Source: Lama guanicoe (lineage: Eukaryota). Taken from it: a DNA stretch of 64,000 nucleotides. Position numbers and translations under genes: made by a program. How positions within the stretch are numbered: the first letter of the stretch is position 1; each line of letters begins with the position of its first letter. Below the pieces are notes generated by a model. It was not told the origin of the DNA. It ran no database searches and was given only the letters and a program-made list of their open reading frames with translations. The stretch lies in NCBI GenBank assembly GCA_013239625.1, contig MU054323.1:14183950-14247949 (forward strand), written 5' to 3'. Below are positions 38,341 to 52,412 of this stretch, piece after piece.

Positions 38341-38849
38341 TATCATTATTCATAGGCGTCAGAAAATATTCTGAATTTCAATTTACTTGTGAGTAAGGAT
38401 TAGGGACACAAAATTCCAACACTTACAACCTTCAGGGATGCAGGCTTATAAATGCCCATAAGAGATTCGTGCAGAGAAGGAAAAGTCTAAATAGAGCACA
38501 GACGGTGAAGAGAAAAGGGAAAATGAAATCACAGACAACGCTCAGGAAAAAAAAAAGTCAATCTCAGAAAGAAAAAGTCCAACACTAAGCACCAGATTAC
38601 TGATGAGAGACTTGGTAGTTCACAGCAGTGGCTGGAGCAAGGAACCTAAAAGAGAGTGGCATTGGAAATGCAGCCTTAGAGCATTGCTTCTGGCCGAAGA
38701 GATATTCCTTAGACACGTAGAAGTGATGAGGGGGAAAAAGAGGGGAAAATTAAAGGTCATGCAGAAACAACATAGAACCACACAATAAGCTAGTCCATCC
38801 TCTTCCTCCATCCTCAGTGCCAACCATTGATGAAACTACATGTCACTGT

Positions 38850-40980
38850 ACTGAAGAGAGTACTCATGAGTTAGGAACCTGGTCCACAAATGATCAAAAT
38901 AGAAAAAATCAGAGTAATTCATACCAAACTGCCCAGAAACCAAACCAAAACAAAACTACCCAGAAAGATTTTAATCTGTTATAAATGTTTCTAAATATCC
39001 AGTCAAAGGGAGAACAAATATATAACAGAACAATCTCTAATGAATTCAATAAATCAGTTAGATATATTTTTTGAAAAATAGACTCTAAATTCAAGAATTA
39101 AGAGCAAAAATAAGCAAATAGAAAAGAGTTGATAGAACTCAGGTAAGAAATTAAAAGAAAAATTTACAAATATGAGAAATGAAGGATAAAATTCAAGGTG
39201 CTCAAGGAATAATAAAACTAAATGAAAATTTAATAAGGACATTGAAAGAAAAGCAGGAAAATAACCACCAATATAAAAATGACAAAAACAAAAAAACAAC
39301 AGCTGGAAAAAAGTGCTTAAAATGGAGGGCATGCAAAGAAATCTACATACATGGAACTAGAATCTCTTCAGAAGACTAGTGAAACAGTGAACTAAACTAG
39401 TGTTTTTAACAGTAATTCAAAAACAATTTTCCAGCAAAAATTAAATCTGTATTTCAACATATTGAAAGAACTCATTTAACTTAAAAACTTGGGCCAGATA
39501 AATTACTCTAATATGTATGAAGATAAAATTATTAGACTTTAAAGACAAATGAAACATTCTTGGAGCCCACAGGCAAAATGACCAAATTGTTTATAAAAAT
39601 AAGCAATATAGATACCAGATATCTCAAGAACACATCAGCCACAGCAATGTAATGGTGGAGAGTTTCAAGAAACTCAGAAAAATACAGTGTGGGCTGAAGA
39701 TTTTCCATATAGCCAACTATTTCTTCAAATATTATAATTATGAAATCCTCTCAACAAATCTGTTAGAGGAAGAGCTCCATCCTGGAAAGGCTCAACAATG
39801 GTAAATATTTAATATATCTAATGTTAGATCTAAGACTAAAAGGGGAGTGAGGACATGGTAGAAAAAAAATACAGATGGTCCCAGACCTAGGTTAGTTTGG
39901 GCTATGATTTTTTGACATTATGATGGAGGGAAAGCAGAAAGCATTTGATATAAACCATACTTTGAATTTTAATCTTTTTCCCTCTCCTGATGCTGGGCAG
40001 TGGCAGTGAGCTCCAGTCAGCCACGTGATCGTAAGGATGAGCTACCATCCAGTTAGAGCCATCCTGTACCCAGACAACCATTCTATTTCTCACTTACAGT
40101 ACAGTAATCAATTACATGAGATATTTAACACTTTATTATAAAATAGACTTTGTGTTAGATGATTTTTGCCCAACTCTAGTTTAATGGAAAAGTCCTGAGC
40201 ATATTTAAGGTAGGCTAAGCTAGGCTAATATGTTTAGTAGGTTAGGTATATTAAATGCATTTTGACTTACGGTATTTACAAGTGAGTTTATAAGGATGTA
40301 ACCTCATTGTAAGTCATGGAAGATCTGTATGTAAACATATTTCTTGCAGAATAGGAAGAATGCAACTAAGAAATGAAAGTAAAAGAAGAAAAGTAGACTA
40401 TCAACACTAATGATTACATAAGTAATGGGTAAATATCAAGGAGTACCATTTATAATTGGCAATGAGGATAGAACAGAGATTGATCTTAAAAGAGGGGATT
40501 CAGGGCACTCAATAAAAGTATAAATACAAAGGTAATTATTATTTTAAAAAAGCATAAATCTACTTAAATACTAAAGCAAGGAAAACACATTACAGTGAAG
40601 GGAAACACAATAGTTAGGACAGAAAATGATACAGCAGAATTGAGACAAAGCACATTAGTCATATCCATAATTATGAATGAGTTTAACTCACTGAGCAAAC
40701 AAAAGGATTTTCAAACTGTCTCCTCATGAAGAAAAACCTAACTCTGTGTGTCTGACACACACAAAACCAATTGATTAAAAAGGCTAAAAATAGAGTTACA
40801 CTGGGTAACTGAAAGCAATAAGAAAGCAGATATCAGACTAAGGAGAAGTAAGCCAAAAAAAAGAAACCACTCAATGAGAGAAAATACATTTTTTATTGCT
40901 AAAAGCCATGGTTTACAATGAATATTTAACAGCTGTAAATATCTATGCAAGATATAATAAGAATCCATGACTCAGTACTG
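38850..40980 (+). mobile_element. Old L1ME ORF1 to ORF2-start remnant, split by MER47
   Basis: A-rich coiled-coil-like frame (39179-39379), 'attgaaagaactca', 'tatagccaact', endonuclease-start-like 'tgaatgagtttaactcac'. Confidence 0.6.
39872..40327 (-). mobile_element. MER47/Tigger5 MITE
   Basis: Termini CAGATGGTCCCAGAC / GTCATGGAAGATCTG with TA on both sides; internal 'tttgtgttagatgatttttgcccaact', 'ttaaggtaggctaagctaggcta', 'gtaggttaggtatattaaatgcatttt'. Confidence 0.92.
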
Positions 40981-40999
40981 ATAAAGAAATACTTACAGA

Positions 41000-41735
41000 G
41001 AGATTTAGATAAAAGATGATAGATAGGGTGAAGGAAAGCTCTTTCTTATGATGAAATGTCAACTAATAAATATAAAAGAAGTAATAGATGTGAAAAAACA
41101 TTATTTTACAATCATCATAGTAAAAATTGATTCAGGCAAAAATCATTCATCAAATTTAGCATCTTATGAGATGATTAAGTTTGATAAGGAAAGGATATTT
41201 ACATAGTTTATAAATGTATAATAATTCTAAAAGTCAAATTATATTACTGCGTACAAATTTTAAGTGCAGAAATTCGATAGTCTGTTAGTGAAGTCATTAA
41301 AACAACATTACCAGAAAAATACAAATGTGCATCGTATGTCTTGGAATGTGATGCCTTAAAGATATAATGTGCCTAATGTCATATTCAAACCAAAAATGCA
41401 TAACCTGATTCACATTTTGGGAAAACATTAGACAAACTGTAATTGAGGGCCACTCTATGAAACTATGTAACTGCCCTGTATTCTTCAAATGTATCAGCAC
41501 CATAAAAAATACATGTATATATCAACATCATGAAAAATAAAGGCTAAAAATAACTTGCAGATCAGAAGAGTCTAAAAAGATACATCAGCTAAATGTAATA
41601 AGAGTTCCTGGATCTCTCTTGAACTAGAAAACAAATTCTATAAAGATATTATTGGAATAGGTAGGAAATGGACTGTAGGTTAGATGGTAGTATTGTATCA
41701 AAGTTAAATTTTATAAAATTGAGAAGTGAGTTATG
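41000..41735 (+). mobile_element. L1MC-type 3' UTR fragment
   Basis: 'ccaaaaatgcataacctgatt...aacattagacaaac...actgccctgtattcttcaaa...atggactgtaggttagatggtagtattgtatcaa'. Confidence 0.75.
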
Positions 41736-42499
41736 TCTTTCTTGGTAAAAGGAGCTTGTGGAAAACAGGAATAGGAGAGCAGGGTAATGGTGAAAGGTGC
41801 TGGTGTGAGTAAATTCTCACTCTTAAACACATAGTGTAAGAATTCCTAGGAGTTCTGGTTTACTCCAGTTTCTTGGTACTCTCTTGATTGGTAACATGAG
41901 AGGAGCTGTGGAATACAGCCAGATTTCTCTTCCCATTATGACCCAAACCTCTAATGCAGAAAATGTTCTTGGAACTTCACTGAATTGGAATGTTTGGGCT
42001 CATCAGCAAAAGGGCAGATGTAAAGCCCGTGCCAACTGGTTATTAAACTGAGCAGTGTAATCCCAGGATATCCTGAGGAACATCTTCTTATTATAATACA
42101 GACATTACGGAAAGGAAAAAAATAAAAGAAACTACCAATCTGTTGGAAATCTACAAATATGAATACATTGTTTGTAGTTTGAAATATTCCTGCTTTTAAT
42201 ACGGGGGGCGGGTAAAATGAAGAGAATGTGTAAAAGCATAAAATATGACTCCTTCATCTTCAAAGCTCCTGCAGTTTTACATTTGAAATCCATTTTTAAT
42301 GCATTAACTTTTTGTTCTTCATTCAAGTGGCATTTATTGAGCCCTTCTTGTGGTTATGTGTTAGATGTTGGACTGAAATAGCTTCTGAATAGTCTATTCT
42401 TGAATTATGTCTCTTTTCTCCATTTTTAGTGCTAGTTCAATCTCTCATGGGTAGTGACTCAAGTACTTCTTAACTGATATGGCTACTTAACTTTATCTC

Positions 42500-42995
42500 C
42501 CATACAATCTGTCCAACATGTGACCTGCAGATTTATCTTTGTCAAATATAAATCTGGCCATGTTACATCCTGTTTTAAACTTTTAATACTTTCTTTGCTC
42601 TATAGGATATAGCCAGCTATCTCAGCACAGTACACAGTTTTTTCTCCCAAGCTTTCTTCAGTTGATGCAGTTACTTTCTGCTTTTGGAAAAAAACCACAT
42701 CATCCTTGTGTACTTTTGCTTAAGCGTGCCCTCTTCTTGGAGTTATTTTCCTTGTGCTTCTAGGACACAGAGGCCTTGCTTGAAATATTTCTTCTCTCAC
42801 CCAACAATATTTAGAGCTCCCAGATCTGGGCTTTTGTGGCCCATTGTATCTGATCTCTTTTGTACTAGAGTTAACTTCTACAGTGCTCCTTTTTCTCCTA
42901 ACTGGATCATAGGTTTTATGATGAAGGCATCACACCTTATCCCAGTGCTTTGTTCAATGTCTGGATCCTATTAGCATTTTAATAAATATTTGTCA
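42500..42995 (+). mobile_element. L2 fragment
   Basis: 'aaatctggccatgtt...ctataggata', 3' end 'tatcccagtgct...aatgtctgg...aataaatatttgt'. Confidence 0.65.
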
Positions 42996-44459
42996 AATGG
43001 GAAGATAATATTTACCATGACTACATAATTAAGTCACCTGGAGAGGAAATTAAGATGTTAGGAGAATAGTGTATAAAAGAAAATCTCCAAAGACTTCAGA
43101 AGCAAGAGTACATGTTGCACAAACAGACTGAATGCATGTACTACTTCCCATTACAAACTTTTAAGTTGTACCTAGTGATACCCTGTTAACAACACCCAAG
43201 ATGATTTTGAAAACATTAAAGATGTTGGACAGAATGAGACATCTGGCTGGAAATAATTCCACTGGGATATAGACAGGCAATCTCTTTGAAGTAAAAATGT
43301 TTATGCAACACAGAAGAATTAACAAATACCCTACCTACTGCCAAAGAGCAGCTGCAGCCAAATATTAAATAATGTGAAAGAGAAAATGAGGCCACAGTTC
43401 TCTCAATGAGGTATAAACCAAAAATAGGCCTTGTTTCAGACATACATTTTGACACAAGCAATGCATTTATTCAGTAGTCTTATCTTTCACATAAAACAAG
43501 AGGAAAAACAAACAGAAAATAAAATTTTGCATTTCAAATATTTAACTTATAATGTCTCCATATTTTTGAGTCATGCTTTGGTATCAATCGTGAACAATAT
43601 TAAAAAGTAACAGTTTACCAAGTATGTGGCCTTTTCTGTTTGTTTTCATATTGTTTTAAGTAGGCCTATGTGTCTACTTTAAATGATTCAATTAAAAACA
43701 CTTTAAACTATGAGCAGCATAAGAATTATTTTTCATTGCACAGTTCTCTTATTTGCATACATAATGACACTTATCTTTAGCAGAGGCTTTTGAGAGGTAA
43801 TAAAAAGTGAATAATGTATAGAATGTATAAACGTTTCAAGGGCGTCTTTACAATCCTATGCCCTCCTCCTTCTATACTGTGGGGTTTGAGTAATGATTCC
43901 TTTTAAATACATTATAAGAAAACTAAATTTCTCTTATTATATTTTAACCCTGTTTTCTTCTCTTTCTATCTTAATAAAAGGTGATTACCATTTGCAGTTT
44001 TGGAGATAGTTATGAAACCATCTTCCTTTTTAATTTCCTAGAATAATATGTCCAATTTCTATCTTCCTTCTTGAGATTGTTCAACCATTACTGCTTCTAG
44101 TCCCTTTCCAGATTCTTCCCAGCAGTTATTTCTCAGAAAAACATTTGAACCTGATAGAAGGATAGAGAATGAGGTAGGAGGACACAGGTATCCCAACGGT
44201 TCTGCTGGACCAGGCTCAAGAATAGAATCTTGAGCAAACGGAGATTCCAGCATCTTTGTACCAGAATTTTACTTCAGTGGCTCAGTCAGTCTCTCTGGCT
44301 TGAGTAGGATTCCTGGGCATTGAAATGATGGCAGGATTATGACTTGTTTTATTTAATTAATCATGTGAATAATAACCCATCCAGTTTTGTGAATTATAAT
44401 TCAAGTTCCTCAGGGAATGATAATAATAATAGTGATAATAATGATAACAGTAACAGTAA

Positions 44460-44700
44460 TATGCAATAATACTTAACATTTATTGAACAATTACCATTTA
44501 TTGATACTTTGTTAAGGGCTTTACATGTAGTATCTCACAATAGTTTCCTGAATTGGGGAGTGTTCTCTACATTTTATACATGAGGAAACCCAGTACAGAG
44601 TGATTATTCCCCCAAGAGCCATGTAAAGTGGCAAAACCAAGATGTGATTCTAGAATAGTGTCCAGGGTCTGCACTCTTAGGCACCGTTTTATATTGCTCC
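44460..44700 (-). mobile_element. MIR SINE
   Basis: 'aacatttattgaac...gctttacatg...cattttatacatgaggaaacc...gtggcaaaaccaagat'. Confidence 0.8.
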
Positions 44701-45474
44701 TGGAAGTGAAAAGCTGAAAATGGTAGGAAAAATGAGATGGTCATCTGTTGGTCGAACACAGATAATTTGACTCAATTCACTAACTAGTGAGTTTGAACCA
44801 GAGTGTAGGTAAGTCTAGTGAGGTCAACATGCATCCAGAAAGATGTTAACATGCTCTTTGGCAGTGGAAGGGTAGGATTCCTAGACAAACTCAAGACTGT
44901 ATGTGAGATACTTAGCTACTCAGGTCATAAATCCAGGAAATTTTTGGCAGACCAAAGAGATTATGTATCCAGTGTGCTAGAGAGCCAGGGGTACTTAAGG
45001 CATCAGGTCATTCAGAAGGTGGAAGAGTAGAAAGTTTTGACATTAGTCACTAAGGGAGCCTAATTTTGGAGCAGAGATTATTTATCCTTTAGACTCTCAT
45101 ACTTTCATAAAAAACTTAATAAGGAACTTAGGAGTAATTGCAGTTAGAGGGAGAGTCTGAAGCACTCAAGTGTATACTCCTTCTGTGTATGCTAGTCACT
45201 AAGATTACCAACATGATACTGTCCTTGCTATGAAAAGATTTATTCTCTCATATGTGAAATAGCTATATACCCAGAATGAAACAAATAAAATGATCATAGC
45301 TGACATACATTGCATGCTTAGTAGGTGCCAGGCATTGTACTAAATAAGCACTCTCTAATTGAAGATAAGGTACAAATAAATGTGAAAGTATGCACTGAAT
45401 GTTTGGTGGAAGTCCAGAAAATGTAGTGGGGACAGGACTTGGGTACTAATGGCAGCCTTTTTGAGAGTAATGTA

Positions 45475-45970
45475 TGTTGGGAGGTAATTGTTCATGGGTC
45501 TCATGTCCTATGAGCACAGACATTGTTTCTACAAACAGCTTTTTTTCTGGACTATCTTTACAAGGATGTTTGTATACTAAACAGCCATGAAAGGTAGAAA
45601 TAGTGTATCTCTCCTTCCTGATCAGAAGGCTGTCCGATATGGTAAAGATAATGCTTCCCTCGGGGACATAGTTTGGGCAGGCTTGTTTGCATCCATTGTA
45701 AGAGATTCAGGTTTCCGAATCTTGAATTCCTCTGCTGTGACACAAACCCTCTGCATATATAACATCAACCTCTGTTGCTCCATGTCACCTTCGTGAGATG
45801 TGGGGGCAAGGAGAACCAATGCAAGCATGAGATTCATGAAGCTTGCTATTCTGTGATTAATAAAGGCCTTTGTTTCTAACCCAGGAGTTTTATGTCTTCT
45901 GTCAACATCATGAAACTCTGGTAGACTAACTTGTTAGCTTTTAACTAGTGATCCTTTTAAGTTCTTGACA
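45475..45970 (+). mobile_element. ERV1 solo LTR (MER89/MER90/MER110-like)
   Basis: TG...CA termini, ~500 bp; 'ctggactatctttacaaggatgtttgtat...aacagcc'; AATAAA at ~45859 followed by 'ggcctttgtttctaacccaggag'. Confidence 0.8.
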
Positions 45971-47235
45971 ATAGACCTTAAGGAAGAGATGAAACATAAA
46001 ATCAAATACGGATGGGAAGACATTGCAAACTAAAATACCAGTGCATGAATTAATTAGGGTAGAAAGAACAGATCAGTTTGATTAGACTTACATGTTTGAG
46101 TAGGGAACTAATGGAAACTAATGATAGATAGACTAACTGAGGTTAGACAAGATGTTATAGAAATTTGAGTAGTAAGTAGTTTGGCACTTAATCCAGGAAA
46201 TTCAAAAAATCATAAAACGTTTTGAAGCAAAAGAATTCTCTCCTTTTCTATGCATATGCTCTCTCTTAAAAGGCTCCATCTGGTACCTTGATTTTATCAA
46301 TCAGCTTTAGGCATATCTTCCTCATAATATGGAGAATCTGTCTGTGTATATACATAGCAACAATCCCCTATTTTCAAATTTTCTAGGTAGATTATTATTC
46401 ACATACTATTAAAACTATATTTGATTCCAATTCCTAATTAATGATTCTCATCATTAATTTGCTATCAATATTCAGGTGAGAGAAAAATTTTATTCTCTTT
46501 TGAAGATTACAACAGAGATTTCTACATTAATTTCATTTGCAATAAAGTGCAGTTTATTGTTGACTTGGCTTTATAAAGAAACTTAAACTATTGGTGACAT
46601 TCTTATGGGAAAGCTATTTATATGATGGTTTGCAACAGTGTTCATTTCTTTCTATTCTGCTTTCCCCAAATAGTTAAATATAGACCCGACGATTTAAGTA
46701 TGAATAATGAAGTCTAACACTGGGACATACATATATATATTTACTATTTCTAATTTTGGTGTCTCATATAAATTGTCTTTTGAAAAGTTGTACACTTCAA
46801 AGTGGTACTTTTAGGCTTGCAATGAACCAGGTTCCTCTATTCACTGTGGAAAAGGAAGTTTAAAAAAAAAAGGTTGCTCTAATAAAATGTGAAGAATATT
46901 TCATAGTTCTTACATTACATTTAGAAAGTAATTAATTACAGGTACTGAAAAAGGATAATCCTTATCCAAACCCTAGCAATCAGTATGTTCTTAGTACAGT
47001 GCTACTGCTTATCACTTTAAGCCATGAAAATTCCTCTACTACTCTAGCAAGAACCATAATTTCCAAGAAAAAGAAATACTCAGCAAACATTTTATTAAGG
47101 AAGTGGACTCTAGAGAACCCTTTGAACATTTCTCTCTTCAAAAATCAAGTGCTATTTTTAAACATGGTATTTATGTTTAGCTGAGCAGCTAGAAAAAGAG
47201 AATTACTTTTTGACTCTTGTCACAGAATAAATACA

Positions 47236-47575
47236 TGCTGGGATATGATCATCCCTGAAAACATGGCAAGTCAAGAAGCCAACCGTGTAAGGCCACACAT
47301 TATATAATTTCATTTTTATACAGTGTCCTGAGTAGGTGAATCAATAGAGATGGAAAATAGATTAGTGGTTGCCTGGGTCTGGGAGGAGGGGAGAACTGGG
47401 ACTGACTGGCTACTGGGTTTGAAGTTTCTTTTTGAGGAGATGAAATGTTCTGGAAGTAGATACTGATAACGGTTGCATAACTCTGTGAGTGCACTAAGAC
47501 CCACTAAATTGTATGCTTTAAAAGGGTGAATTTTATGGTATGTAAATTACATAAGAACAAAACTATTATTTTTAG
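47236..47575 (+). mobile_element. L1MB 3' end
   Basis: 'agagatggaaaatagattagtggttgcc...tttcttttgaggagatgaaatgttctggaa...gtgaattttatggtatgtaaattac'. Confidence 0.88.
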
Positions 47576-48413
47576 GAAGCATGAAATTGGCCCCAAAATG
47601 GATTATTGGATATGTCCAACAATCTATAAATGTTATATGTATGTGTGTATGTTATATAATGTATATTCTATATATTATGTCTATTACAAATATTATATTC
47701 TTCTCAAAGATTATTATATATAAAGAGAGGTATGAATAATAATATTGATATCTTCAGTTCATAGAGGCAAATGTGAACTATCAATAAATTATACTATAAT
47801 AATTGACTACCTCTCATAAAAAGAAAACTGTTTACCTACCTCTCATCATTCTCAAGTAAAACTCATATTACATTAAAAGATAAACATTTAAAAACAACCT
47901 TTCACTCATTAGAAGAAAGTAAAGGTAAACGTTTTAGAGTAGTGGTGTGTAAGGCTTTCCTATGCAAGTCATAAAATACAAGAGGCATAATAGAAAATAT
48001 GTTGACAGACTATAAATTTAGCCTGTAAACTTATTTACATACCATAAAACTCTGTAAAAAGTGTAGAAAATAAAAATATGAAAGAAAATACTGGAGAAAT
48101 TTTTGCAATTCATAAAATAAATTATATAGTAGTAAAAAAACCAATATAAAATAATCTTGCATATTCATTAAAAAATCCTAGTGAAAGATGTGGAAACTAT
48201 TAAGCAGGGCACAGAAAAGAAAATTAAATTTAGTAATGACTATAAAAATTACATAGCACAAATAGTAATTAAGGCACTGTAAACTCAGCCAGTGAGATAT
48301 TTTCACCCATAAGATTGGCAAAATAAAAAAATCTAGTGTGAGTTATTTGTGTTGAAAAGTGAACCTCTCATATACTGTGTGTATTGCCTTTTGATAGAAT
48401 ATTAGAATGACTA

Positions 48414-48453
48414 AGATAGATAGATAGATAGACAGATAGATAGATAGATAGAT
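48414..48453. repeat. (AGAT)n tetranucleotide microsatellite
   Basis: About 10 units with one AGAC variant. Confidence 0.95.
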
Positions 48454-48553
48454 GAGTAATAGATTAGAAATACTGGGAAATATGGCCACTGCAATTCACA
48501 GATGTGCATCAAGAAGTATGCAGTTGCATATACTGAAGGGCGTGGAAATAGGC

Positions 48554-48983
48554 TGTAATACATTATATTTTTTTCAAGATGTCAGTAAAAATATTTATCA
48601 TTGCCCACAAATTTCTGGAAACTTATTACTCCCTTATTGAGAGAGTCTGTCTCCTCACTTCTTAATCCTGGGCTGGGTTTGTGGCTTCACTGACTAAGTC
48701 CTGTGCACATGAAGCTATTTGACTTCCTAGGTTAAGTAACAGTTTCTGGTTGGCAATCTGAGGTCTCAGCCAACAGTCATTACCAACTTACCAGCCATGT
48801 GGATAAGCCATCTTGCAAGCAGATTAAGCAGCCATTGGTGAAACCACCCCATCTGATGCCACATGGTGTACAGAGGACCCTTCCCAAGCCCTTTCCCACT
48901 TACAGATTTACAAGCAAATGGAATGATTGTTGTTGTGTTAAGCCACTTTTACGGTAGTTTGTTATTAATGACAGTAAGAATAT
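48554..48983 (+). mobile_element. MaLR LTR (MLT1G/H-like)
   Basis: 'cagccaacag...ccagccatgtg...aagccatctt...ctgatgccacatgg...gttgtgttaagccact...ggtagtttgtta'. Confidence 0.8.
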
Positions 48984-49819
48984 CATTTAAGGTTTTATTA
49001 AATGGAAAATAATTATACTATAGTATGTAATATTATATGGCCTCTTAAAAGAATTAGTTCTGTGTACTTGTGGTGTGTATATTTGTGTGTAGACATGAAC
49101 AGATTTATGGCACCCCACCTCCAAGATACCTATTTCTGAATGTGCTTCCATGTATACGTATAGAAAACAGTGGGAAACACATCATGGAGAACATTTAAAA
49201 AAATCTGATTTTATTGACATTTTATAGTGAAAATGAATTGGTGTGTTGCTTTTGAATTAAAAATAAATTTAGAGTAATTTTTAAAAATCCTAGTGATAAG
49301 TGGCAAAAGCCTACCTGAATATGTAGTTACAAGGTGGATGAAAAGGGGGAGACGTCTTAAATATTTATAACAGTATTTCAGGATGTGGGTGCTAGAACTT
49401 CTCACTGATTCCTCTTCAGTTTGAAGTCAAAGCATTATCAAAATGTTCTCAATCCCATCTGGAGCTATTTCTTGTTGCTATTTAGAGCAGTACGTTTGAT
49501 AAATCCTAAGGCAATATATGATCAGGTTTTTAATGTGCCTCATTGGCAAAAATAAATGGAACCAAGTCTTGATGTATTTTATTAGGATTGTCAGACTTGC
49601 TTACTACACAAACTTGCTTATTTAATTATTTCTATGAATATCTGCATTCTCTTTGCCTTTTCTTGGCATCAAACACACACTAACAAATTCCTGTTGACCT
49701 ATATTCTGGGGACCGTTTATACTAGCAGAAATCCCTCTGTTTTTTATCAGAGACATAAACCTTGTTCACTAGCACAAACTATTGATTCATTTTTTCCCTC
49801 ATTCTCTTCGGTGATCTAA

Positions 49820-49985
49820 AATATAATATTAATAAAAATAGTAATATACTAATGAAATAGCCACACCAAAGATACCTGGAATTTATGAAGAGCTTAAGTA
49901 ATTTGTACAAATACACAAAACTAGAAAGAGCCAAGGTTTGCACCCAGGTCTCTCTCACCCCCCAAAGCAGTGATCCCCACTGTGC
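49820..49985 (-). mobile_element. MIR fragment
   Basis: 'ttaagtaatttg...agagccaaggtttgcacccaggtctctct...ccaaagc'. Confidence 0.7.
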
Positions 49986-50840
49986 TCTCTCCTTTAATGG
50001 GCTTGTACTCTTACATTAAAAAGTGCCAGAAACTCTTCCATAATCTCACCTATTTCTAGTCTCCTCGTTTTTGTTTTTTTTTTTTAATCACCATAGCAAT
50101 TTCTCACCTTCTGGAGTCTGGAGTTAGTCATAGACACTGTACACTGAAGGTTCCCACCAGCCTCTCTCAATCCTCCTCTGCTTTATCCTGTTGCCACTGA
50201 TATATCACATGACAACCAAATTATCTGGTTTCCATTTGGACTGTTCAACTCTAATCTTCTAAAGCTACAATGTATAAGACTGAAGACTTAGAATGAAAAA
50301 AATGTCCAATTTGCCCACAATTTTTAACATGCCTTTGATGGGTAAGATTCAAGTTTATTCAGGTATGCAATCTGGCATTTTCTTGTGCAGGTCCCAGCAA
50401 TCCAAGAATATGCTCTCTCAGAGATGCTGACATTTGTAATATTTGTTCCCAATTTCTCCAACTTCTGTATACAATTTTGAAAAATACATCCTTCATTGGA
50501 GTCTTTCTCTGTTTTGCTTGTTTCTCTTTGGCTGAATTAAAAATCCACTTCAAACACTACTTTCTGGATGCAAGTCAAGTAGTTGATAAAGTATCTATGT
50601 TTCTTAAGAAAAAGATTCATTAAGTTGAATTTATTTTTAAAAATCTAATAATACTTTAAAGAAAACAATTCTGCCTACAAAATCATCCTACACCTAGTTA
50701 GAATTTACCTTTCCGCCTTTTCCCTAAAACGTATGACTTAATGGAAGTATTCACTACTGTGCTTCTTTGTTTTTAAAACCTTTTGATTAATTACTTGATT
50801 CAAAAGATGTGTCTCTGCATCCACTCCTAATATCTTAGTT

Positions 50841-50853
50841 GTTGCTTAGCAAC
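50841..50853. promoter_or_regulatory. RFX X-box-like palindrome GTTGCTTAGCAAC
   Basis: Perfect GTTGC/GCAAC inverted half-sites in non-repeat DNA; function not shown. Confidence 0.45.
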
Positions 50854-52129
50854 TAACTCGGGTCTTTCTCGGTTTTAGGAAGCTACACATGTGAAAAAAG
50901 GAATGAAGCTATAGAATTATCTTAAATAAATAGCTTTCAATTTTCTAAATATCAAGTGATATAAAACAGAACAAGTCTTTGAGTCCCCAGTCCACCATGG
51001 ATTTGTCATGGAGGCATATTGGAGTGATAAATTAATACTATTGTAAATGATTCCTACAAGAGTATCCTTGATTTTATTCTCACTCTGTTTTGCTTTATTT
51101 TTTCTTTTAATATGTTTTAATTTTGCTTAGCAGATTATTAATAAATATTCAACAATTTTAATTAAGAAACCAACTTTTGGAGGTTGTCCTACCATTCAAA
51201 GAAAGGAATGAATGAGAAGGAGCACAAATAGAAAAGAGAATTATAGAAACCATGTCTTAAGTAGAAAAGACAACTGTAACAGAACTATTACCTTCAGATT
51301 CTTTTTTTTTTCAGATTCTTTTTTAATCATCAAAAACTCTAAATATTCTGGCAGACGAAACGTTTCACAAAAACAGGTCTTAGTTATTTTTTGTAAGTCC
51401 AGTCCACAGTGACTGTCAGGGAGAAATGCTCAATAGAACTTACTGGAAACTTAAGTGAATGAATGAAAGCCTGCAGAGAAGGGGAGCTTACAATGCATAA
51501 GCGAGAATACCAAAACATTTAAGGCCATTCAGTGAGGATTAGATAGAAATTTGTTTAAACCTTATTAATTTTATATGAATAACTCTAACCTATGGCTATA
51601 CTTATAATCAGTGGCTTGCCAAGTTTCTGGAAGGTCTAAAGCTAAAATTTCAAAAGACAGACTTGATTTTCACAGGCAGGTCCTTTCAATTTTCAAACAA
51701 CTGATACTAAGAATTTTATCAGTGTAATAGATAAGATTCACTGAAGAATCATTAGATTAGCAGCTGTATAAAAATCAATGACAAGCAATGGACAAATAGG
51801 TTTGCATCAATTTCAGGAATAAGAGAATATTTATTAGGAACTAATTATAGTAGGAATGGATAGGTTCTGTAATTGTTTTCTTTTTTTAAAGATACACACA
51901 AACACATACATACACCCCAACACGTGACTGAGACATATCTTTAAGATAGTTTTATGCCTGATAAGATTAGGTGTATATTTTGAAAGCATAGCGATTATCC
52001 TTTAGCAATACAAGTAAGAATCTCAGTTCTTCCATCTTAAACAATTCACCTCTCCTTTGAGGTTCAGTTCCTCATATACAGAAAATGGAAGTAATAAATT
52101 AGCTCCTGACTGAAGGGCTAATATATGGT

Positions 52130-52202
52130 ATAATGTAACAGTTTTCAGTCCTTTTTGAGATGATCCACAGTGAGACATATTTTACACTGAGATCCAGTAC
52201 GT

Positions 52203-52242
<40 letters not shown>

Positions 52243-52412
52243 CATGCATGTCTGAAACAGAAGATTTTGGAAACTGTATTTACCTGTCTATATGTGATAC
52301 AATCTACTACTTTCTACTCTGTCTATTTCATGAAAGGAAAAATTTAGTTCCACCCCACTAAATTTATGTCCAGATCTACTAACGGTTTGCAAACTATAGT
52401 TTAAAAAACATG
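52130..52412. mobile_element. Probable hAT-Charlie MITE containing a (CA)n
   Basis: 'gatccacagtgagacatattttaca...ccccactaaatt...ctactaacgg...cagtttaaaaaaca'-like layout; family uncertain. Confidence 0.45.
52205..52240. repeat. (AC)18 microsatellite
   Basis: Seen directly. Confidence 0.97.

Larger units (their letters stand above)
47850..49200 (+). mobile_element. L1ME ORF2/3' remnants, interrupted by (GATA)n and MLT1
   Basis: 'gagaaatttttgcaat', 'ttttcacccataagattggcaaaa', 'gaacctctcatatactg'. Confidence 0.6.

Noticed and set aside
42203..42212. GC box GGGGCGGG
   Set aside because: Single site in AT-rich DNA with no CpG island
50359..50553. Protein-like minus-strand ORF
   Set aside because: No recognisable homology, no convincing donor or start context
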